Assembly: GCA_030141605.1 (NCBI GenBank)
Contig: JAQGDQ010000144.1
Span: 441,553 to 505,552 of the forward strand
Direction: 5' to 3'
DNA: 64,000 nt
From: Tubiluchus corallicola
Taxonomy: Eukaryota > Animalia > Priapulida
Shown: positions 53,795 through 64,000 of the stretch, piece by piece
Position numbering within the stretch: position 1 is the stretch's first letter
Layout of the letters: each line of letters begins with the position of its first letter
Translations under genes and position numbers: made by a program
Notes under the pieces: model-generated
Told to the model about the DNA's origin: nothing
What the model saw: only the letters and a program-made list of their open reading frames with translations
The model's database searches: none

Positions 53795-56700
53795 CTTTTG
53801 TATAACTTCATCCAGAAACTGGCGGTCTTAATGGCGTAATAAGCATGTCTGCAAATGCCAGCAAACTGTCCCACGCACTCCGGATGCAGGTAATCCGCTA
53901 TGAGACACCACAGATCCTGCGGATAGACCACACCGGCAGTAAACTTCACCGCTTTCTGTTGCCGTTTTCGTCTTTGACACGGCGGTTCTGAAACAATGCA
54001 GCATAGAGAGTTAGGAAGGAAACTTCATAAAGTTGTGTCTATGGGTTTCAACCATGCAAGTACACCACATCATAATACACATGTAATAAATGTAAAAATA
54101 TCGGCAAAATAGAGTGCATAGTGGAATCAACCCGGTGTGAAGACGTAAAAAGAAACAGCATAACTGTATGAGGAAGCATTCAAATAACTTTTGAACAAAA
54201 AATCAATAGCTTCTTGTTCAAATAAATCAAATTTTTATGTGTTTTATTGCTGGTATGTCTGACTTATTTTTGCTAGATATAATGATGTAAATACGTATTG
54301 TATAACTGTCTGTTTAAGCCATATATTGTAATTTTGGTATTGCACAAAACTACATTACAGCTAACTATATATTTCAACACTGGCAGGAACAGCGGTTTCA
54401 TAATTACAACACTGACAGTGATTTTTTTAAATTACAGGTTGTTTTGAAGCTATTAAAATGCAACACTTTTTTTAAATGTCAATTTTTTTCACTTTGGAAC
54501 ATAAGTTAGTCTGTAGTTGAAGGCACAGATCTGGTTTAAAGCACAAGGAAACACTTCATAATAAAAGCTTAAAAAATCGCTTTGAAATTTTATATCACTT
54601 ACATGCTGTGGTATTGCACACAGAGCTTGGGTTAGGAGTAAACTGTATAAAGCTTTTAAATTTAAACTCCTGCAATGACCGTTAGGTAAGTCATTTGAAG
54701 TAAGTTTACACAATGTCGGCTAAAGTTTGAAAGGTAATCAGAGCATTCGTAACTCACTCTTCACTTTTAGCTAAGCAAAAGATTAAACTACTTTATATTG
54801 TCAATAAGATCAATAATGTGTTTTTAGTTAATCAGTGGTGCACACAGGGATGGTGATGATGCAGTGCCGTTTTAACAAGGTGACAAGAATTATTAAGAAT
54901 TTTTTTCCTTAGTTACATAAGCCTCTCAAACAGGTAAACAAAAAAGTAATATTAACTTTGTGTGTAAAATTTTTTGAGATAAAGTTTAAAATTGCCTTTT
55001 CTTCCCCTTTAATGACATAGACGGGATCGATTGTTCTTTTCTATTTCTTTGCGAAGCACAAAGAGAGACACAAATGAAATCACTTCAACAAAATTTACTT
55101 TAAACATAATGATTAGTATGATTTCTATTTTGTATATCAAAGGAATTTCTTTGTGCAGCATTTTTTAAAATAGATAACCGTTCCTAGTTCTGCTTATAAA
55201 TCTTCATATCTTGTAAATGCTATAATTTTTAATAATTAATTATTACTGTACATATCATTGCTTATAAAGGATGCCCTATGGCGATCTTAAAGCAATTTAA
55301 AAAATGTAAACTAATAATATTCAAAGACCCTTTCAAGCATTTCTGTGTTTTTGTAAACGTACAGCAATAAATGCAATTCGAATTTAAAATGGCATACCAA
55401 TCGGCTGAAATTGCATAGAAAATTGCGATGCGATACCAGATAAAAATTTCACTACACCTAAATGATCACTCCAACTAGGACACATGTAGCACTTTTACCT
55501 TTCGAATACAGGTGCGCGCTTGTTATAGATTCTATAGAATAATATAGACCAGGAAATAAAAGCCACTGAAAAAATTAAAAACAACAGATTTACGTTATAA
55601 GCCATGTTACAGAAAAACGTGTACACAACAAATAAAATGTAGTTCAAGCAAGGTTAAAAAGTTATCACTAAAACTGAACTGAAGATGTTGACAAAATAGT
55701 TGGAAAAACTCTCACCAGACAGGGCATTCTTAAGAAGGACTTACTGTATGTTTTTCACACAACAAGTTACTATAGGTAGAAGAAACTCCAGTACCTTCAG
55801 CATTAAATTTCTTGGCATGACCTTCCAATGCTTCATGAACCTCCGCTGAATCTCCGCCACCGTCGTCATCGAAGTCACTCAACTTCCTCTCAAACCAGCT
55901 TGGTTCACTGAACACCTCTACTACTAGATCTACATAAAACAAATTCATAAAGTTTTCATCAAAACAACAGCAATTATAAGGCACATTGTGCGGTCAAAGA
56001 AGACATGATGTAAAAGAACTGAAAAAAATTCACTTTTTTCCCTCAGGCTTCTTATTTGCAGAATTCTCTACCAAAAGATTTTCCTTGGTACAACCTCACT
56101 CAATTGAAGAAGAATATAAATAGGTGCCTTCTATTGCTAGCAAAATAATTATTATACAGTAGATGCCGTTTATTAGACTCACGGTTAATAGACTCAACAA
56201 CCTAATTTACTCAAAAACATTTGGTACAGTTCCATTCAAATGTATAAAATTGTTGGTAATTTCGTCAATTTACGTCGATCTTGTTCACTAAGATATAAGT
56301 AGAAACAGTCATGTTAGGTACAGCTTTTGTTTGTAAACAGGTGCAGTACATTTATCATATGCGCTAATATGTTAGCGTAGCCGTTTTGCTTCACCCGCTT
56401 GTCCGCTGCAATTAACCCTGTTGTTTCTGGAAGCTACACATTTAATCATTTGCCCAGCGGTTTGCATTTGAAGCTCCTGCTGCTTTTCTCAAGGTCACCA
56501 CAAACTGCAGCTCAAGCACTAGGAGACTAGCTGTATATGTATAACAAGAGGTTTTCAAGACTTATCATTATGAGAATTTCATAAACAACTTCTTTGTGAA
56601 GAAATGAAGCAGCTGACCTCTTTTTAGTGTTAGTAATCAGATTTGTGTGATTTTTCATTTTCTTTTTTTATTACTTCACTTATATAAATTAGTATTCTTC

Positions 56701-57966
56701 AATCATTTCACACAGGAATTTCGACATTAATTTGTTTCTAAAATTTATCTAAAGCCTTTGCAATGCATACTAAGGTGATGAGTCATATGACGCATACTTC
56801 TACAGCAGTAATAGGCTACACCCATCCGCTAATTGAATCAGTCGGTTAATTTGGTCAAAACACTTCCATCTCAAAGTGACCAAGGTGAGTGTATTAAGCA
56901 GCGCTTACTGTATATGAACTTTATTTCAGTGGACTGGCTGGACATTTTACTTACTTACTGTAGCCCTTTTACCTTGAGCTGTCATTGGCTTTATTACAGT
57001 TGTCTCAATGAATGCATCTGCCTGCCTGATTGATTGTGGCCTGGAGTAATCTAAGAAGTTAATACCTTGTACAGGGCATAGCTCAAGCTTTAAACCCTTA
57101 AATTTTTGCACCAATCGGTACACATATGGGTTTTTTTCCAGTGTTTTAAAGATCCATATATGTACATACAACTCACGGGCACTGCAACCTTCCTAATGCT
57201 GGACCAAAGTTTCTCTGCATTGAGGCAGATATAAAAAAACTTTAAGTCAGAGAAATATCAAGTAGCTGAGCATCTAAATAGTGAATTAGTAACAACCTTG
57301 ATTCCCATTCGAATGACAGATAAAATTTTTGGGACACACTGCCATCAGTCCTGGGCCCAGTGATGCTTAATTGCTGGTAAAGACTGCCATTAGAAAACTG
57401 CCCATCCCAGGGTTCAAGGTGAAAGAACACCTTTGGTGATACATTGCTTAAAAATTGAAATTATAGCAAGTGGAAGATACGCACCTTGTTTCTCATTAGT
57501 TCTGTTGCCTTTACGCAGGCGCCGTATCCGTCCCTCGCCGTCAACCGGTGCATCAGCATAATCGGTAATGGTGGTATCAGCTAAGAAAAGATATTAAGGA
57601 AAAGCAATTTAGTCGTATCACTGATTGATCATTACATCTTGACTGTGCTTTTTATGTATTGTAATTTTACATTTTTTGATCGCACTAAAATGAATTATAA
57701 ATCCCAAAATCGTATGACAACTGCTAGTTAATGCATCTACTAAAAACTAAAAACTTGGCTAGTGATTTATAGTGAAGTGCAACCTGTTTACTCTATTACG
57801 TTTAAATTAGTGTATGTATGATGCTAATGCAGTTAGACTTAGACAGAAAGTGAAAGGTAGGGATACAGTTAGGCCCAACTTGTTTTCATATAAAATCAAC
57901 AAATATACCAAATATTTTACCACAAAGGGAAGACTGCTGGTGCTTCTTCTTCCTGTTCCTCCCCAT
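53795..57966 (-). CDS. TMEM183: TMEM183-like protein, N-terminal ~156 codons only (ends after the F-box-like segment); downstream exons not found
   Basis: Exons 57966-57921, 57580-57485, 55929-55795, 53987-53795: MGRNRKKKHQQSSLCADTTITDYADA...YPQDLWCLIADYLHPECVGQFAGICRHAYYAIKTASFWMKLYK. Recalled human TMEM183A has VTVADYANS...[44 protein letters not shown]. Confidence 0.85.
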
Positions 57967-60522
57967 TTGACCAGTGGTTTAGAAAAAGTCCCAATCCTCA
58001 TTTTCCACCTCACTGGTATGTCACCAAGTGTGCACCAATAGCAGCTAACACAATGTATCCATTTGCTGGCATTATTACTCAGAAGTTTTGCGATCAAAAG
58101 TGAAATATGAGGTAGTAAGGTGATTATCAAAATTCGAAGTGATTTTAGTTTGCCAAATTTTAATTTTTGAAAAGAAAAAATTATTTTTATTTCGAAAAAA
58201 GTGGGTCACGAACAACAGTAATTATAAGTGTGCCAATATGCAAGATCTTCAATTTGTGTTTAAATTACTTACTACACAGATGCTAGATGGAGCCACCAAG
58301 CTACACGAGTCGGTGACTCGATGGTGGCCGGAATTATATTTTGTTGCTGAATACAGACTACCTTCCAAACTTGCTTCTTTAATTCAATAGAATATTGTCT
58401 GAAGTTCAAAAAGTGAAATACCAAGGACATATAATAGGTCACATTGGTCAGGTACGACACATCGTCTTCTTCTTCTTTACACCAATCAGTTACTGGTGCT
58501 TACAGTTACCAAGGTGCTTAAGTTAGTTACTGTGACAGTAGTACTGAACTCTGTAGTGATTATCAACAGTTAGCTACAGTTGATGTTTCAGTTTTGGTTT
58601 GTCACTTTATGGCACTTTTGTTTCAATTCAGTTTAGTTTCAAAGTCAATAGTGAATGTTCGTTTCTTTATATCCAGTTTAATAAGTTTATTTACAGTTTA
58701 CTTTAGCTTGGGTGAATCACTGGGAATTGCAAATTGTGTCAATTTAGAGCCGTTCCTATTTTGATTCAGAGCTGGATAGTTAGCTAGTTTACACTAGGAC
58801 AGCCTAAGCAATAGCGTAGCTAAGAGGGGGCAGAGAGAAAGTGGTCTGCCTCGAGTGGTACTTTGATCAGATGTACCGAAAAAGTTTATTCTGTTGCAAC
58901 AGTAGAAATGTAAAACAAAATATACCTAGTGCTGTACACAAGGCGAATATCGCTGTCTAATTTGCACATCAATTTTTATTTAGAAAAGAAAGGATGACTG
59001 TTTTTCCTATAATAATATTCAATTACTTTGACATTTCAGTAATCCTGAGTGTAACTCGGGGATTGTCCATTCATCAAAAGGTAATGATACATCCACTGAG
59101 CTGTTAAACGAACAGTCATGTCAAAATTTGCTGAAACTACTAGGCTGTTCTTGACACCGGCTGTCTGACATGTAAGTGAATTTGCTTTTATCACTTGTGG
59201 GCTACCGTATAAACTTCCTGATTCCAAGAACTGAGCTCTGTACTCATCGTAGATAAACTGTATTCCTTGTGCTGTGGAATCGTAGCTACATTGATGTTGT
59301 GACGTGTTGTCCTTATTTGTTAATGTGCTGACAGAACAGGAAGGATGAAGTTATCACTGAGTCATGATTGGTGAGGAAATACTTAGCAAATAAAAATTTA
59401 CTAAAACCTTGTAGGTTATTGCTTTGCATCAGAATATTGTAATTTTTTGTTGGGTGCTAAAGCGAGAGTAACATTAATATGAGGTAAACTAAAGCTTTGG
59501 TGATTGTATTGCACTGTGGTTGCATGGCAGGTTTTAGTTTGGTTAAGACTGAGCAATTACCATTTTGCTTGATTATCGAGCATCTGCCTGTTGATCTTAG
59601 GTATACTTAAGTTTTTGAACTAAAGTAAACACGTCTTACAAAGCGTAGGGATAGATGTTTAAGCACTGACAGCAGTGGTGGTGGGTGGTAGCTAAAATTA
59701 GTAGAGGTGCTGCTTCAGAAAAATTTTAGCCATTGTTGACTGCAACTTTCTCATGGAGATACAACTGTGAAAACTTAAGCTGTTGAAGTTCAATTACAGT
59801 CACAGAACTTATTTCTTGGGGATGCTGGTACACTGTTTTTAAGCACGTGTAAACTGACATCACACACTGCTTGAGCGACAGTGCTCTCTCTACCTAGATA
59901 ACAGTGTCTTATCTCAGGCATGAGGGCATGGTTGCATTTGCACATCATCCAAACATCACGTTGCTGGAGTTGTGAGTTGTGTACTGGAGAGCACAATTCC
60001 GTCACATGCTCTAGTTCCGTACAAGTACAAAGAAAGAATTAAAAAAAGACTCATTGTATTAAATATTATCGATAATATCTATTGAAAATAGGAGGTGCCA
60101 CTGATCGACAGGAGACACACGAGGAAGACTAGTGGCTAGCCATCGCTCAGCCTCTTTCTTTCCCCAGTGCAGAACAGTTACTCCATTAAGGATGTCAGAT
60201 TAGACCAGGAAGGAGGCCAGAGCGTCATGTTTGAGTGGTAAATGGTATGAAAACCAGACACTGTTTGACCTATTTACTAGAGAAACAGGACAGATTTTGG
60301 ATTTGAACCCAGAACCCTCCGCTACCGCATCTGCCTCGTCTAAAAAAAATTTCATATTGTTGTCTGCTGCAATCTGCTTTTACCATTTAATCATTTTAAA
60401 ATTCACTAACTATAATCAAATAAACTGATTTTTTGCTTCTGACCAGGTTTTTTGTAGACTGCAACAGTAGCAGTCACTCGCGTACTGCTGAGAGCGCATG
60501 TAGCAGAGTTGTGAAACAGGAG

Positions 60523-63500
60523 ATGGAGTCTAAACTGTGCTCACTGTGGTTTGCCTTTGATACACTGGATGTGAATGGAAGAGGTGACATACAGCGATCA
60601 CAGTTAAAGGTAAAATTTTACAAATTGTACCAAATCCCACTTTAAAGTATTCAGCCTTAGCTATTAAATATTTATAGTCGGATCAATTCACTCCTCTTAA
60701 ACTGCGTGATGTATTTGTATTTTAACATTTGATGTTAAATCCACTTCCAAGCAGTTAAAGTTATGGAAAAATTTTAACTGCCATTAGTTTTATAAACTCC
60801 ACAGGATTTAGAAAAATTTGGCTGAAAGATTGTAGAAAAACCCCTCCCAATTATAACACGACATTTAGTGATGTCCCAGATCGGGGCTTGACTTGTAGTA
60901 CTTATTGTTAATTAAATTTAGTTTTACTTTTTTATTTTGTAGTTTTTAATTAAATGTGGATTTTTATCAATGTTCATCAGTTACATTTACAATTGAATTT
61001 TGTACTTCATGCATTTTTAGTAGTAAAAGTCGTGCCAGCAGTTGACTATAAAGCTTTTCACAGTTTCTTTGTTGGCAAGCGCAGTTGCTGCAGGTCTAAG
61101 GTTAAGTGAGCCCAGTAACGCATCTTAACTACTACCGTGTGCGATATGAGTGTAAAGCGAAGTCGTCTGTCACGTAAGTTCAATAACTTAAGTCGTTTTA
61201 TGTGCACTTTACTTAATTATGCATTAGTCTGTGCGTAGAGTGATTTACTAGCAGGATCTTGTTTGGGAATGAGAAAAACTGACCTAGCTAAGGTTCTAGC
61301 TAGCTGCTAAAACTGTTGCCATTACAATAGCTTGGGCTGCAAGATGTTGCAAGTTTACCCAAATGCGTTGTTTGGTACACTTAACCTTTGACCTTTTTAC
61401 AGTCATCATCAATATCTGTATCATCAATAGAAAAGACTTTTTGACTGGATATGTTGATTTGCTTACTGTATTTCAAGGTGCTGTTAGCAAATATTGGGAA
61501 CTTGCTTGGACTGACAAGTGCAGAATCTGATCTGGAATCTTTCATGTCTGACCAGCAGCTGTTGGATTTTGATGCTTTCTGCACCTATCTGCAGAAGCAC
61601 GTCTTTGTCTCGCTGCCGGAATGCGACGCCAAGTCGTTCGAGAAGATGAGTGCCAGCATCGACGAGATGTGCTGGGCCTTGTGCAAAAAGGACGTGATGC
61701 GATCTGTGACGATGTTTCGTGAACGTGACGTGTACAAGTTGTTTCGCGTCATCAATGTGGTAGCCGAGATCGTGCCGGATCAGCTGCGGAAGAAAGTGGT
61801 CGCCACGGACAAGGAAGAAGTGGAAAATGTCACGAAAGAGTTTATAGCTGCATTGGGTATGTATTTTGCTCATTAGAAAAGTAACAAATTAAGCTTAGAT
61901 ACCTAGCAACTAATCAAGAAATGAATGTTTATTTTCTGTGTACAGCATACACTTTTTTTAAAGAGTGCGGTATTATACACAAAACAAAATAAATAGGCTT
62001 ACTGAAATGCTTGAAACACTAAAAACCCTTTACTTACAAATAGCTAAAAATGTTGTATCACCTTCATCCTGTATTATTAGGCATAGAGCTTGTATTAGCA
62101 GCAACACTGTATAAAACTTATTGAAACACTGTATTGAAACAAGTTTAGATAACATTGCGTAAAGTTTGAAAAATAATCAAAGATTTTCGTAGCTCACACT
62201 TTCTGTGTCTTGTTTGGTGAGTCAATGGTGCACACTACAAAAGTGAGTCCACAACATTTTACGAATTGGAGCAAACATTTTAAATTACTTTTCTAGTCTC
62301 TCAAACAGGTAAGAGTAATACAAAGTAATGTAACTTTCATGCATTCATGTTTGTAAACATGACCTAGCACTTTAGAAAAAATTATACCAGATTTTGATAT
62401 CAAATTGTAACAATTTTTCATTCTCATATCTATTTGATGTGTTGTAAAATCATGCATGAAACAGAAGTCCACTATGTTTGATGTGTTGTAAAATCATGCA
62501 TGAAATAGAAGTCCACTATGTTTGATCTGTTATAAAACTATGCATGAAATAGAAGTTCACTATGTTTTATGTGTTGTAAAACCATGCATGAAATAGAAGT
62601 CCACTATGTTTGATGTATTGTAAAATCATGCACGAAATAGAAGTCCACTATGTTTGATGTATTGTAAAACCATGCACGAAATAGAAGTCCACCATGTTTT
62701 ATGTGTTGTAAAACCATGCATGAAATAGAAGTCCACCATGTTTTATGTGTTGTAAAACCATGCATGAAATAGAAGTCCACTATGTTTGATGTGATGTAAA
62801 ACCATGCATGAAATAGAAGTTCACTATGTTTGATGTATTGTAAAACCATGCACGAAATAGAAGTCCACTATGTTTGATGTGTTGTAAAACCATGCACGAA
62901 ATAGAAGTCCACTATGTTTTATGTGTTGTAAAACCATGCATGAAATAGAAGTCCACTATGTTTGATGTGTTGTAAAACCATGCATGAAATAGAAGTCCAC
63001 TATGTTTGATGTGTTGTAAAACCATGCACGAAATAGAAGTTCACTATGTTTGATGTGTTGTAAAACCATGCATGAAATAGAAGTTCACTATGTTTGATGT
63101 ATTGTAAAATCATGCATGAAATAGAAGTCCACTATGTTTGATGTGTTGTAAAACCATGCACGAAATAGAAGTCCACTATGTTTGATGTATTGTAAAACCA
63201 TGCATGAAATAGAAGTCCACTATGTTTGATGTGTTGTAAAATCATGCATGAAATAGAAGTCCACTATGTTTGATGTGTTGTAAAACCATGCACGAAATAG
63301 AATAGAAGTCCACCATGTGGTCACTGGTCAGTTGTTTTATTATTTTTTGGTGGAGGGATGCTTTAACACCTGTTGTAAACTAATTTCAAAGAGCTCTTTA
63401 TCGGGCGTCCTCTTCTTTTCACACCTGTTCCTCTCAACTCTCACACAACAAAAAAATCAATGTTAGTTTAGATACGTTGTTCATGTGTATCTGCTTGTTT

Positions 63501-63678
63501 AGGGAAGCCATGGACTGACGCCCTTTGCGATGGTTTCCGCAGTGGCGCTGTGAATTACAGTTTTCAAGAGTTCTTGCATCTGTTGGAGACGGATGTTACA
63601 TCAGACGTACGTAAAGTTGCCATATCTGAAGCTGTGAATGAAGTGTGTGATGCTTTCATTAAGGGTGTCATTAAAAAG
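60523..63678 (+). CDS. SWAP70/DEF6-family protein (EF-hand-like N-terminus), 5' part; continues beyond the window
   Basis: Exons 60523-60609, 61478-61856, 63503-63678: LWFAFDTLDVNGRGDIQRSQLKVL..IDEMCWALC..AISEAVNEVCDAFIKGVIKK. Recalled SWAP70 has IWHAFTALD.DHSGKVSKSQLKVL..FNRMCWTLC..AINEVFNELILDVLKQG. Confidence 0.85.
62430..63317. repeat. 44-bp minisatellite, about 20 copies, in the SWAP70-like intron
   Basis: The unit tatgtttgatgtgttgtaaaaccatgcatgaaatagaagtccac repeats head-to-tail (e.g. 62473, 62517) with single-base variants and no spacers. Confidence 0.97.
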
Positions 63679-64000
63679 GTATGTTTATTTGCCCTTTGTG
63701 CATTATTCGTAATTTACACAGTGGTAAAAAGCGGCTCGAGTTACTGGTTGTATTGTCTAACTGGTTGTTAGTACATAAAATTTCCAGAAAACAGTTTACT
63801 TTGTTACTGAAAATCCATACAACTTTAATGATGATTGCAACGTAATTGTGATGTCACACATTTAGAAAGTGTTGAGACTGCCTAATAACCTTTTTCTCTT
63901 CTAAATAAGCCTTTTCGCAGTTCCAGCAATTGATGATGATCATGAAAAGGTCAAAGGTTCAGTGAACCAGACAACACATTTGTGTACTCTTGACAACATC

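Noticed and set aside
57242-57430. ORF starting (V)FFHLEPW as the missing CTR N-terminal exon
   Set aside because: It only superficially resembles MxFHFG, has a GTG start, lacks the following conserved ILFxxW segment and a convincing donor, and lies in a TMEM183 intron.
62430-63317. CRISPR-like regular repeat array
   Set aside because: The units are contiguous with no unique spacers, no cas genes are present, and the context is a eukaryotic intron.

Overview
AT-rich, intron-containing eukaryotic DNA, most likely from an invertebrate animal; the species cannot be determined from the sequence. I rebuilt gene models by hand from splice sites and recalled protein families, with no database search. 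In order: the 3' part of CCDC40 (+); an MGRN1/RNF157-type RING E3 ligase (-) head-to-head with a UBALD gene (+); two tandem FUNDC1-like genes with intronless CDS (-); MED9 (+) followed only 169 nt after its stop by an intronless UQCC2 (+); a secreted IGFBP-N (IB-domain) protein with a duplicated Cys-rich exon (-); a CTR/SLC31 copper transporter lacking a visible 5' end (-), directly downstream of a TMEM183 gene lacking a visible 3' half (-); and the 5' part of a SWAP70/DEF6-like gene (+). Introns and intergenic DNA carry LINE fragments, hAT- and Tc1/pogo-type MITEs, foldback elements and micro/minisatellites. The best leads are the MED9-UQCC2 candidate bicistron/operon/fusion, the TMEM183-CTR junction, the FUNDC pair, the IB-domain protein, and the MGRN1-UBALD divergent pair. 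There is no prokaryotic system or CRISPR array.
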